Source: Eledone cirrhosa
Lineage: Eukaryota
DNA: 64,000 bases
Direction: 5' to 3'
Assembly (NCBI GenBank): GCA_964016885.1
Contig: OZ024746.1
Location: 7,936,001 to 8,000,000 of the forward strand
The notes beneath the pieces are model-generated. The model made no database searches and was not told where the DNA came from. It was given only the letters and a program-made list of their open reading frames with translations. A program made the position numbers and the translations under genes. This document shows, piece after piece, positions 13,260-25,605 of the stretch (the stretch's first letter is position 1; each line of letters begins with the position of its first letter).

Positions 13260-13296
13260 CCTTTACCGGTTTCACAGTTCTTATGCTTTTCAAAAG
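13260..13296 (-). ncRNA. Degenerate minimal hammerhead
   Basis: Minus strand reads CTT-TTGAAAA-GCA taagaac TGT-GAAA-CCGG-TA-AAG, then AATAAA. Palindromic ACCGGT replaces stem III. The core has two substitutions relative to CUGANGA. Confidence 0.45.
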
Positions 13297-13374
13297 TAGA
13301 ATTGAGATGGAGGGTTTGTGGTTTGTCTCGCATCTCAGACAAACCACAAACCCTTCATCTCAATTCTACTTTTG
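13291..13374. repeat. Inverted repeat, 38-bp arms, one mismatch, 8-nt loop
   Basis: caaaagtagaattgagatggagggtttgtggtttgtct / agacaaaccacaaacccttcatctcaattctacttttg. Confidence 0.95.
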
Positions 13375-13517
13375 TGTGTGTGTATATGTTTTGGAGCCGT
13401 GTTAATTATCTACTGTACCTAATGGATTTGACTTATACATATATGCTTATGTGTGGGGTGTATATGTACACACACATACACGCATGTACAACACACACAC
13501 ACACACACGTATATATG

Positions 13518-13549
<32 letters not shown>

Positions 13550-13610
13550 GTAATAATAATAAATGGGTGAAAGCAGCAATTCTTTGCTTAAACTTTAATC
13601 TGTTATTTTA

Positions 13611-13642
<32 letters not shown>

Positions 13643-13648
<6 letters not shown>

Positions 13649-13838
13649 AAGGAATTGTGGTAAGGAACCAGATGGACCATAACGCACCAGAGTACTCAAT
13701 ACTTAGGGTAGTAGAGTGGGAAATAGGAAAAAGTATGACCCCGACGGCAGAGCTCAAGCCGTTTCGACGGCTATTTCAGTCCAGAAATAACCATTGAAAC
13801 GGCTTGAGCTCTGCCATCGGGGTCATACGTTTTCCTAT
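13643..13838 (-). mobile_element. PLE-end A copy with fold-back (inverted repeat 13723-13838)
   Basis: Reverse complement of the 1-125 family. The last 55 or so bp are repeated in inverted orientation around the loop agtcca. (TA)n on both sides. Confidence 0.7.
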
Positions 13839-14317
13839 ATATATATATATATATATACACACGAGTATATATATATATATACGAGTATATATATATGTAT
13901 ATATATATACGAGTATATATATATATATGTATATATATATACGAGTATACATATATATATATATGTATATATGTATATATATATACGAGTATATATGTAT
14001 ATATATATGTATATATATATACGAGTATATATGTATATATATATATGTATATATATATACGAGTATATATGTATATATATATATGTATATATATATATGA
14101 GTATATATGTATATATATATATATATGTATATATGTATACGAGTATATATGTATATATATATATATATGTATATATGTATACGAGTATATATGTATATAT
14201 ATATATATATGTATATATGTATACGAGTATATATGTATATATATATACGAGTATATATGTATATATATATACGAGTATATATGTATATATATATACGAGT
14301 ATATATATATATACGAG

Positions 14318-14352
<35 letters not shown>

Positions 14353-14446
14353 GTATATATATATACATATATATATATGTATATATATATACATATATAT
14401 ACGAGTATATATATATATATATATATATAGATATATATATATATAG

Positions 14447-14498
<52 letters not shown>

Positions 14499-14513
14499 GT
14501 ATATATATATATG

Positions 14514-14545
<32 letters not shown>

Positions 14546-14571
14546 TGTATATATATGTATATATATATATG

Positions 14572-14623
<52 letters not shown>

Positions 14624-14649
14624 TGTATATATATGTATATATATATATG

Positions 14650-14695
<46 letters not shown>

Positions 14696-14861
14696 GATAT
14701 ATGTATATATATATAGATATATGTATATATATATAGATATATGTATATATATATAGATATATGTATATATATATAGATATATATACATATATATATGTGT
14801 GTATATATATGTATATATATATGTGTATATATATATGTATATATATATGTATATATATATG

Positions 14862-14895
<34 letters not shown>

Positions 14896-16425
14896 TATAC
14901 ATATATATATGTATATATATATAGATATATATACATATATATGTATATATATATAGATATATATACATATATATATGTATATATATATAGATATATATAC
15001 ATATATATATGTATATATATATAGATATATATAGTAATAATAATAAAATTGAAGACTAAAATCCAAAGAGGGCTTGATAAGGAAAATATATATCAAATAT
15101 ATAAGAACCGTAGAGCAAATATATATATATACATATATATATATATAATATATATACATATATATACATATATATGCATATATATAATATATATACATAT
15201 ATATATGTATATATATAATTTTTCCAAGTTTTATTAGCAATCAAGTTAACAAGAAAGGTCTGTTATTTAAAACTAGGAGGAATAGTAAGAGATGTGATGA
15301 GATGAGCAGCAGACAGGGGGGGGGGGGGATAAGGCAATAGGGAGAGGAGAGAAAGGAGACATAATATAAGAGAGAGGGGGTGGATTCATGGAGTTTTCTT
15401 GAATTGTTAATGAGGTGGGGAGGGTTCTATTTCTTTTTCTTTTTCTTTTCTTTTTCCAAGCTGCAAAGCAGTTGCTAAGCAACACTATGGCTGAGTTCTC
15501 AAACCAAACCAATTTCTTTTCAGAAATCAAAAAAAGTGAAAAAAAACTGCAATAATAGTAAATAAACAAATAAATAAACAAATAAATAAATAGAAAGAAT
15601 TAAATGTATTGAAAGTTGAAAACCTATCAATAAGTGAAACAAATGAGATAGATTGATTAAATAAGAGTTGGTGGTGGTGGTGTGGGGGGGGGGGGTGTTA
15701 CTTGTGGTGGTGGTGGTGGTGGTGCTACTTGTGGTGGTGGTGGTGCTACTTGTGTTGGTGGTGGTACTTGTGTTGGTGGTGGTGGTGGTACTTGTGTTGG
15801 TGGTGGTGGTGGTGTTTCTCTCAAATGTCTTTCAAGAAATAAAAAAGTAACTTTACTTTTCAGCAGTTTTGAAATATCATGGTGGGATATGTAATATATA
15901 TGTGGGTATATATATATATATACATAGATTATATATATATATACATAGACACATGTACTATATATACATATACAGACACATGTATTATATATATATAGAC
16001 ACATGTATTATATATATATATAGAGACACATGTATTATATATAGAGAGAGACACACATGTATTATATATACATATATAATACATGTGTGTCTCTCTATAT
16101 ATATAATACATGTCTCTATATATATATAATACATGTGTCTATATATATATATATATAATATATGTGTCTATATATGTATATATATAATATATGTGTCTAT
16201 ATATGTGTCTATATATGTATATATATAATACATGTGTGTATGTATATATAATACATGTGTGTATGTATATGTATAATACATGTGTGTATGTATATGTATA
16301 TGTATAATACATGTGTGTATGTATATGTATATATATAATACATGTGTGTAGGTATATGTATATATATATATAATACATGTATGTATGTATATGTATATAT
16401 AATACATGTGTGCCTGTATGTATAT

Positions 16426-16770
16426 CATTATCATCATCATCATTGTTTAACGTCCATCTTCCACGCTGTCATGGGTTAGACGGGTTTGTCAAACTCAAGG
16501 CAGGCTGGGTCAGGTGACCGTGTCTCACTCATATAGGGCTGTTTCTGGCTGGTTTTCTACTGCTGGATGCCCTTCCTAACACCAACCACTTCACGGTGGA
16601 CTGGGTGGTTTTTACCATGTCTCCTACATGACCACTTTACAGAGTAGACTGGGAGGTTTAACCATATCTTCTACATGACCACTTCACAGGGTGGACTGGG
16701 AGGTTTTACCATGTCCCCTACATGACCACTTTACAGGGTGGACTGGGTGCTTTTTGTTGTGACACCTATG
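16426..16770 (-). mobile_element. RTE family B 3' UTR fragment with an internal tandem repeat of about 50 bp
   Basis: (CAT)n tail and ctggatgcccttcctaacaccaac, matching the reverse complement of 18415-18445. Confidence 0.8.
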
Positions 16771-16807
16771 TATATATAATACACGTGTCTCTGTGTATAT
16801 ATGTATA

Positions 16808-18572
16808 TATAGAGGTATAAACTATAGAGGTATAAAGCTGATGGACCAGGTCATGAAAGTAACAGAAAGAGTTATAGCACAGTTGATTAGGGACTGGGTG
16901 AAACTAGATGAGATGCAATTTGGGTTTGTACCAGGAAGAGGCACCACTGATGCCCTCTCTCTTGTGAGGCAGTTACAGGAAAAGTACGTAGCTAAAAGTA
17001 AGCCACTCTACCTGGCATTCGTCGATCTCGAGAAAGACTTTGACAGAGTTCCCCGTGCTGTAATCTGGTGGGCTCTTAGAAAACTAGGAGTAGATGAATG
17101 GCTTGTGAAAGCTGTACAAGTCATGTATAGGGGAGCAGTCAGCAAAGTTAGGATTAGCAATGAGTATAGCGAGGAATTTAGCGTACAGGCTGGGGTGCAC
17201 CAGGGCTCTGTTCTTAGCCCTCTCCTGTTCATCATAGTCCTGCAGGCAATAACGGAGGAGTTTAAGACCGGATGCTCATGGGAACTCCTGTATGCAGATG
17301 ACCTCGCACTTATAGCTGAATCTATGGTAGAACTAGAGAAATTCCAAACTTGGAAGCAGGGACTAGAAAGAAAGGGTCTCAAAGTCAACATGACAAAGAC
17401 TAAGGTCCTTGTAAGTAGACGAGAAAACAGAACCCAGATCCCCTCAGGGAAATGGCCTTGCTCAGTATGTAGGAAAGGTGTAGGTAGGAACTCCATTCTC
17501 TGCCCCAAATGCAAACAATGGGTACACAAGAGATGTAGTGGGATCTCAGGAAGTTTAATTAAGAATGTAGGCTTCACATGCAGCAGCTGTACTGGGACAG
17601 CAAGCAGCAAACAACCACAGGAAACAAGTACCACCAATCTCTGGGAGGGCTCTGTAGAGACAGTAGACAGCTTCTGCTACCTAGGTGACCGAATTAGCAG
17701 CGGAAGTGGCTGTTCAGAAAGTACAATAACTAGGGTGAGAACGGGATGGAAAAAGTTCAGGGAACTACTACCAGTGCTAGCTGCAAAAGGCTTCTCCCTC
17801 AAAATGAAAGGCAGACTGTATGATGCGTGTATCCGAACAGCAATGTTACATGGTAGTGAGACCTGGGCGCTGAAGGTGGAAGACTTAGGTAGATTAGAGA
17901 GAAACGAAGCCTGCATGCTCCGATGGATGTGTAATAGTAATATACGCGAACGACAAAGCATAAATGAATTGAGAGAGAGACTGAGCATAAGAGGAATCAA
18001 ATGCTGTTTGCAGGAGAAGCGGATGCGTTGGTATGGACATGTGATGCGTTGGTATGGACATGTGATGCGTATGAAGGATGACAGCTGCATAAAAAGGTGC
18101 AGAGCACTAGAAGTCGATGGAAAACGCGGAGTGGGGAGACCCAAGATGACCTGGGATGAGCTGATAAAAGCCGACCTTACCCAATTACACCTCTCAAAGG
18201 CGATGACACACGACCGTGACCTCTGGCGTCACGCAGTAATACAGAGTACCCGACCTCCCATGGGTACAAGCTGAAGTATATAGACAATATGCCCCCACAC
18301 CCTCCCACTGCAAGGTGGTCGTGGAGGTGCCACGACAAAAAAGCACCAGGCCCACACTGTAAAGTGGGCACGTAGGTGCCACGGAAAAAAAGCACCCAGC
18401 ACTCACTGTAAATGAGGTTGGTGTTAGGAAGGGCATCCAGCTGTAGAAATCAAGCCAAATCAGTTCCTGTATGAGCAAGGCATGGTCAGCCGACCAGACA
18501 CTGCCCACAACAGGATAACCCGTCTAACCCATGCTAGTGTGGAAGAACGGACGTAAAACGGTGATGATGATG
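16808..18572 (+). mobile_element. 5'-truncated RTE-clade LINE (family B): RT, internal PHD-like finger, (GAT)n tail
   Basis: ORF to 18274 contains NYRGIKL, QFGF..GRGTTDA, FVDLEKDFD, GVHQGSVLSP, LLYADD, C4HC3-like motif and LHGSETW. The 3' UTR ends in gatgatgatga. Confidence 0.95.
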
Positions 18573-18646
18573 ATATAATACATGTGTATGTATATATCAT
18601 CATCATCATCATATATATATATGTATATATATATAATACATGTATC

Positions 18647-18685
<39 letters not shown>

Positions 18686-18711
18686 CATGTGTATGTATGT
18701 ATATATATATC

Positions 18712-19395
18712 ATCATCATCATTTTACGTCCGCTTTTCCCTGCTTGCAAAGGTGGGACAGGTCCTATCCAGCACAGCATCTCTCCACTTCAGCGATCTGA
18801 GGTCTGCTCTCACCACCTCCGCCCTTGTTTTTCGTGGTCTTCCTCTACTGCGTCTTCCTTCTACTGGGATTTCTTGGCACTTCTTTACCCAGTGGTCATC
18901 CTCGATGTGCATCACATGTCCATATCATCTCAGTCTTCTCTCCCGCACACTACAACTTATCCCTCTTATACTCAGTTTCTCTCTCAACTCATCTATGTTT
19001 GGTTGTTCACGCACATTGACATTACACATCCAACGGAGCATGCTTGCTTCATTTCTCTCCAGCCATCTATATCCTCCGCAGTTGCTGCCCATGTTTCACT
19101 ACCATGCAGCATCGTGCATCTCACACAGGCATCATATAACCAGCCTTTCGTTCGCAGGGAGAAACCCTTCTTTGTCAACAGAGGAAGCAGGTTCCCTAAA
19201 CTTCTCCCAACCCGTCCTTATTCTAGATACTATGACCTCGGAGCACCCTCCTCCCTTGCTAATCTGATCACCTAGGTATCAGAAGCTATCAACTACCTCT
19301 ATAGATCCTACTTGCATTTGAAAAATGTGTCTATCACTGCGACTTCTACTGTCAAGTTTCCCTGAACATCTACTGCATATGTAGTTTTCCCTACC
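18712..19395 (-). mobile_element. 5'-truncated, frameshifted RTE family B relative, tail-to-tail with the previous element
   Basis: KGFSLRTKGWLYDACVRCTMLHGSETW and GRRSRGRPRKT; (CAT)n at the left end. Confidence 0.9.
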
Positions 19396-19551
19396 TATAT
19401 ACATGTGTATATATACTTTATTTATTCATTTTCTTTTTGTTGTTATTGAAGTATTATGAATCGTTAGCTGAGATTTAATCTTTTATACAATTGGTAAGTC
19501 TATATACAGTAGACCTACTGTGGGAAATGGTGTGTGTTTATATATGGATAG

Positions 19552-19582
<31 letters not shown>

Positions 19583-19714
19583 CATAAACATATATATATG
19601 CACACGCACACACATATGTATGCACACACACACACATATGTATGCACACACACACATATATATATATATATGTTCATATATATATTCATATATTCCTGCT
19701 GTCTTCTAATAATC

Positions 19715-19775
<61 letters not shown>

Positions 19776-19997
19776 CACATACACATGTTTTGTGCTGAAA
19801 AGAATATGTTAACACTTGAGATAATTGTGGAAAATTACAAAATTACTTTCTAAGTGAAATGTGTTATTATAGAGAAGATAGTGTAACAGCTCTACCCTGG
19901 CTCACATCGCTCTGGGGTACAAGGAATGTCAACTGACTTATATATCCTCACCTTCAGCTGGGATTGAAACTTCTCAGAATAGTGAAAGGAACTCTCT

Positions 19998-20520
19998 ACA
20001 ACCACCACCACAGCCACTACCACCACAGCCACTACCACCACCACAGCCACTACCACCACCACAGCCACTACCACCACCACAGCCACTACCACCACCACAG
20101 CCACTACCACCACCACAGCCACTACCACCACAGCCACTACAACCACCACCACCACCACAGCCACTACAACCACCACCACAGCCACTACCACCACCACAGC
20201 CACTACCACTACCACAGCCACTACCACCACCACAGCCACTACCACCACCACAGCCACTACCACCACCACAGCCACTACCACCACCACCACAGCCACTACC
20301 ACCACCACAGCCACTACCACTACCACAGCCACTACCACTACCACCACAGCCACTACAACCACCACCACCACCACCACCACAGCCACTACCACCACAGCCA
20401 CTACCACCACAGCCACTACCATCACCACAGCCACTACCACCACCACAGCCACTACCACCACCACAGCCACTACCACCACTACCGCAGCCACCACCACAGC
20501 CACTACCACCACCACCACCA
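19998..20520. repeat. Cryptic trinucleotide / 15-bp repeat (CACCACAGCCACTAC)n
   Basis: Directly visible. Lies between decayed LINE fragments; 19890-19990 on the minus strand reads LKVRIYKSV...CE. Confidence 0.95.
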
Positions 20521-20759
20521 AAACCCCTGGGTCTCCTGCTGGTTGGTTTTATCCATAAAATCTGTCCAGCAATTCTTTCCTGAGATATTCTAACCACATG
20601 CTCTTAGTATCGGAGCTGTGACCTCTTAATTTGGTAGAAGTAGCAGCTCTACCTGGAGTGACTCTCTAAAGCTACACATTATTCCAAAGACACTTCAGAG
20701 GAACCCCATTTCGACCACTTGTATTCATGATCATATTCTTTTGCTCATTACCCAAGATT

Positions 20760-21008
20760 CAAGACAATAGGTCAGGGCTGAGCCCACGCTGTAAAGAGGA
20801 CGTGTAGGCGCCACGGCAACAAAGCACCCAGCACTCACTGTAAATGAGGTTGGTGTTAGGAAGGGCATCCAGCTGTAGAAATGAAGCCAGAATCAGTTCC
20901 CGTATGAGCAAGATAAGGTCAGCTGACTGGACACTGCCCACAACGGACAACCAGTCTAACCCATGCTAGCGTGGAAGAACAGAAGTAAAATGATGATGAT
21001 GATGATGA
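20760..21008 (+). mobile_element. RTE family B 3' UTR copy
   Basis: Nearly identical to 18340-18570, with a (GAT)n tail. Confidence 0.88.
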
Positions 21009-21455
21009 CGCTGACTTACCTCCCTTCTTCTGATTACCAAATGCTGACTCATTACTGCACCAGCTCCTGCAATTCAACCTCCTACCTTCCATCACTTGTG
21101 AACACGGCCCCAAAATACTTCAATTTTTCCAGCTGCTTCAGTGGAACTCTATTGATATGTAGCACTGCACCATCTAGCCAATACTACTCTATGGTAGTTG
21201 GTAGTGAGACTTGGACATTCTCAGCCAAGCAACACATACGTCTTAACAGAGCCTATACATCACTTCTCAGACGTTCTCCATGAAGTCTGCTAGAAGAGAA
21301 ATATCAGTAAAGTCAAGATTTGTGAGCTGAGTTGAGTGGAGGGTGTCTGAAATTTCTTTGAGGTTTCATGGTAACACCTTTATCATTGATTATGTCCAAC
21401 AAGAGTCTTAGGGCATAGTCTAAAACTTCTTAGCCACCTGGCTATGTTTGTGCCA

Positions 21456-21497
<42 letters not shown>

Positions 21498-21545
21498 AAA
21501 TAAAATAACAAGGACGATTGGTTACTCCTTCATTACGTTTATTGG

Positions 21546-21634
21546 TTGGTGACACGCATTTCGCCACTGATCAGCTCAAGGTTTGATCTGTATCGATCTA
21601 GCCCGACTCTGTAATCTACGGCTTGTCAGACTTC
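21546..21634 (-). ncRNA. Degenerate type I hammerhead with enlarged stem II
   Basis: Minus strand reads GT-CTGACAA-GCCG...TGGC-GAAA-TGCGTG-TC-AC, then AATAAA. The deviations are consistent with CpG decay from CTGACGA and ACGCGT. Confidence 0.5.
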
Positions 21635-21754
21635 TTGTAATGGTAATGGAAAAATGAATATACTGGTGAACCTACAGTAACTCCAAGTTACACCCCCTGG
21701 ATATATATATATATCTATATATATCTATATATCTCTCTCTATATATATATATAT

Positions 21755-23030
21755 CTTGTATGCAGATGATTGCGATCTTGTAGCGCACACAGAGAGTGAT
21801 ATGCAGCACATTTTGAATGCATTTTCTGACGCTTGCACTGCCCTAGGATTGTCTCAAGAAAACCGTTGTCATGTACCAACCTGCCCCTGGTAAGCAGTAC
21901 AGTGAACCAAATATCTATGTGTATAGTAAACGACTTGGAGTGGTTGATCAGTTTGTCTACCTGGGAAGCACTGTCAATCGATACAGCAACTTTGATAGTG
22001 AAATCTCACTTAGGATTAGGAAAGCAAGTGATGCTTTCGGAAAGCTAGAAAGGCGACTCTGGGGTTGGCGAGACATATGCAAGAAGACAAAGGTAAAGGT
22101 ATACAAGGCATGTGTGCTCTCTTCTCTTCTTTATGCCTGCGAGACCTGGGTCACATATCGACACCACCTTAAGCAATTGGAGTGTTTCCATCAGATGTGT
22201 CTCAGACGAATCCATGGCGTTCACTGGAGGGACCACATCAGTGATGTCGAGATTTTGGAAAGCTCTATATGTGACAGTATAGAAGCTCTTGTGCTTAAGC
22301 AACGACTCTGTTGGAGTGGTCACCTTGCCAAGATGAAGGATTCTAGAATACCAAAACAACTCTTTTATGGAGAGTTAGTTAAAGGAAAACGACAGCCTCA
22401 TAAACCAAAAAAGAGGTATTCCTTGAAAGCCTCTTTGAAAGATGCTAACATCTCTGCTGATACATGGGAAAATATTGCTGCTGACCGTAATAAATGGAGA
22501 AAGACTGTATATGAGGGAAAAGTTGCCTTTGAAGCATCTCGAATCACATACGAGAAAGTAAAGTGGGATGTGAGGAAGGGCATTGCTGTTGCACTTCCAG
22601 ACGACAAGGGTCCTCCTATGGTGCTGACATGCAGCGTCTGTGTGAGACTCTGCCTAAGCAAAGCTGGATTCGAAAGTCATCTTCGCAGTCATAAAGTAAG
22701 ACCAGTGGTTGACTACCAGGCTGCTGTTGGAGATGCTACTCATCATGCTTGCCAAGCATGTGGTAGAAAATATAAATCAGCAGGAGGGCTCAAACGACAT
22801 GCAAAAGTACATGAACTCCAACCACAGCCAGCTATTCCCAGTGAATGTTTTGGTTACCGACTCTGTGCAAGACATTTTAGATCATTGGCTGGGCTAAAAA
22901 GCCACATTCGATCGCAGCGCTGTTAGTTGCTATAGTGTGTGTGTGTGTATAGATATGTTTATGTGTGCATGTGTGTGTATATATATATATATGTATATTA
23001 TTATTATTGTTGTTGTTGTTAGGTATATAT
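21755..23030 (+). mobile_element. 5'-truncated copy of RTE family A (C2H2-tailed)
   Basis: Starts at LYADD. ORF 21871-22926 is closely similar to the C-terminus of the 36834-39548 ORF, including the three C2H2 fingers (the third is damaged). Confidence 0.95.
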
Positions 23031-23076
23031 ATATATTTATATAGTCTCAGACATAACCAGGTCGTTAAGAAGTTTT

Positions 23077-23114
<38 letters not shown>

Positions 23115-23414
23115 CATAGATATATACGTGTATGTTGTTGTTGCTGCTGTTTGTGAAAAAATTAAACAAGTAAAAAAGTACTCAATACATAATGTAGAGT
23201 ATGACTGTTTTTATTCAGACTGCAAAAGGAACATTTCATTATACTACATCAAACTGCTGTCCGAACATGCAATGTATATGTAAAACTTTAAGTAACAGCA
23301 TATGGTTTAGCTGAACAAACACACACACACAAACACACACGTAAACACACACACACATACATTTATTATTTGCTCTATGGTTTGATATATATTATCACAT
23401 ATAAAAAAGAACAG

Positions 23415-23722
23415 CGCTCTGTCGGTTATGACGAGTGTTACAATTGATATGCTCAATAGAACACTCTGCTCATGAAATTAACGTGCAAGTGGCTGAGCAT
23501 TCCACAGACACATGTACCCTTAATGTATTTCTCAGCATGACACAGAATGTGACAAGGCTGGCCCTTCGAATTACAGGTACAACTAATTATATTCAGCTGA
23601 ATAGACTGGAGCAATCTGAAATAAAGTGTCTTGCTCAAGGACACAATGAGCAGCCGGGAATTGAACTCATGACCTTGCGATCATGGGCCAAATACCATAA
23701 CCACTAAGCCACGTGCCTTCAC
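23415..23722 (-). mobile_element. tRNA-derived SINE family 2 (V/CORE-like central motif tgtgtccttgagcaagacactt)
   Basis: On the minus strand: TGGCTTAGTGG A box and GAGTTCAATTCC B box. Related copies at 30530-30745, 31440-31670, 34878-34985, 57345-57563 and 61062-61290. Confidence 0.85.
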
Positions 23723-23842
23723 ATGTTGTCAGTGTTGTATTTTATCACTGGAGTCAACAAACTATGATGTGTTTAACATTCCACGTCAGTTGAGATCTGG
23801 TATTACATAGACCGGTATCCAGTGAAGTATCGGTATGTTGAT

Positions 23843-24156
23843 AAATATGAAGACACAGCTTTACATTTCCACACTTCAACTTATTAAATAATGACTATTA
23901 TATACATTTCAGAGGTGTTAGACAAAGTGATGTAAATCCAATACTTCATCATCAGATGGGAATTAATAAGGTATGTGATATGCAGACTGCAGGACATGAG
24001 ATGTTGAATGTCTAAAATTCAGTCAGCACATATCACATACCTGATTAATTCCCATCTGATGATGGACTGTTAGACTTACATTCTTTGTCTAATGCCTCTG
24101 GAATGTGCATAATAGTTGTATGTATTAAATTGAAGTATGGAAATGTAAAACCATGT

Positions 24157-24164
<8 letters not shown>
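23843..24164. repeat. Imperfect fold-back, arms about 145 bp, each arm with a hammerhead remnant
   Basis: catcatcagatgggaattaat..ggtatgtgatatg is mirrored by catatcacatacc..attaattcccatctgatgatg. HHR-like motifs at 23895-23960 (-) and 24051-24115 (+). Confidence 0.8.
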
Positions 24165-24203
<39 letters not shown>

Positions 24204-24581
24204 AAGAACTGACAACACAAATACAGAGATGCAAAAACACAAAGTCTTATTAGTATCACACTTATGAGGAAGTAGAGGAGGGTTTGGTGCTTCAGACATA
24301 AGGCCTTCAGGAAATGGAGAGTTCAGAGAGGGAACAGGTTGCAATATCAGAGTTTGCAAAAACGTTTTTTATGGTTGGGGCTGGTAGGTGAGTGGTCCAG
24401 CATTTGGGAGTGGAGAGTCTTGGTGTCACATGGGTGTTGTTATGTGTGTGCAGATGGGGTGCATTTTGTGGGTGTACATTATTGCTTCTGTGTTTGTGTG
24501 TGTACAGATGCATGTCTGTAAGTTTATATATATATATATAAACTCACAGTTGTATACATATATATATATATATAAACTCAG

Positions 24582-24630
<49 letters not shown>

Positions 24631-24710
24631 TAGTTATATATATATATATATAAAATTAGTTATATATATATATATAAAATTAGTTATATATATATATATA
24701 TAAACTTAGT

Positions 24711-24742
<32 letters not shown>

Positions 24743-24827
24743 GTTATATATATATATATAAACTTAGTTATATATATATATATATATATACAACTTTAAT
24801 TGTTTGGATTTTGGTTCCTTGTATTTA

Positions 24828-24884
<57 letters not shown>

Positions 24885-24885
<1 letters not shown>

Positions 24886-25605
24886 GTAGGTGGGCTGAAA
24901 AGTTCATAGGCTGATTATGAAGTCGTGATGTTAGAGCTGTGAAATCTTGCATGCATTAATTTCAACTCTTCTTGTATTGTTTCTTTCCAGGTAAACTGAC
25001 ATCTGACTGTTCAAAGAAGACTTCAAAAGTAACTGAAAATGGACACAATTTGGCATTGTGGTGCTATCAATTACCTGCAGAAAGAGGGTTTAGGCCCCAA
25101 GGACATTCATGCTGACATGGTTGTTACATTAGGGGGTGATGCTCCAGCTTTATCAACAGTGCAAAAGTGGACAGCTGAATTTAGGAGAGGAAAGGAGGGT
25201 GTTGAAGATGACCCAAGGTTTGGACGGCCTGCAACTGCCACCATTGAGGAAAACATTGATCGTGTTCACTATATGGTGATGGATGACAGGTGATTGACAA
25301 TAAATCAAATAGCCAATGCTATAGGTATATCACGTGAGAGAGTTGAGAATATTCTGCACAATGAACTTGGCATGACGGAGGTTTTAGCTCGGTGGCTGCC
25401 TCATCTTCTGGCACCTGATCAAAAGCACACCAGGCTGATCAAATCACGAGAAAATCTGACATTATTAAAGGCAGATCCAGCTGGTTTTCTTGAACATTTC
25501 CTAACCGAAGATGAGTGTTGGGTTCATCAGTTTGAGCCAGAGACAAAGAGACAATCCATGCAGTAGAAACACCCTACCTCACCTGCTCTAAAGAAAGCTA
25601 ATGTC
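24885..25605 (+). mobile_element. Truncated mariner-like transposon (left TIR plus N-terminal transposase pseudogene)
   Basis: HTH region (STVQKW..F..G...EDDPR.GRP), WLPHLL (WVPHEL-like) and LTEDECWV. In-frame stops at 25291 and 25564. Inserted in TA. Confidence 0.88.

Noticed and set aside
15657-16004. Proline-rich extensin/formin-like ORF
   Set aside because: A (GGT)n microsatellite with no supporting gene structure.
18021-18062. Duplicated MRWYGHV peptide in the LINE ORF
   Set aside because: A local 21-nt tandem duplication in a truncated copy, with no functional implication.
19892-20597. His-rich, Gly-Cys-rich or Val-rich protein (beak- or keratin-like)
   Set aside because: A simple repeat open in several frames and flanked by LINE debris, with no signal peptide or splice support.
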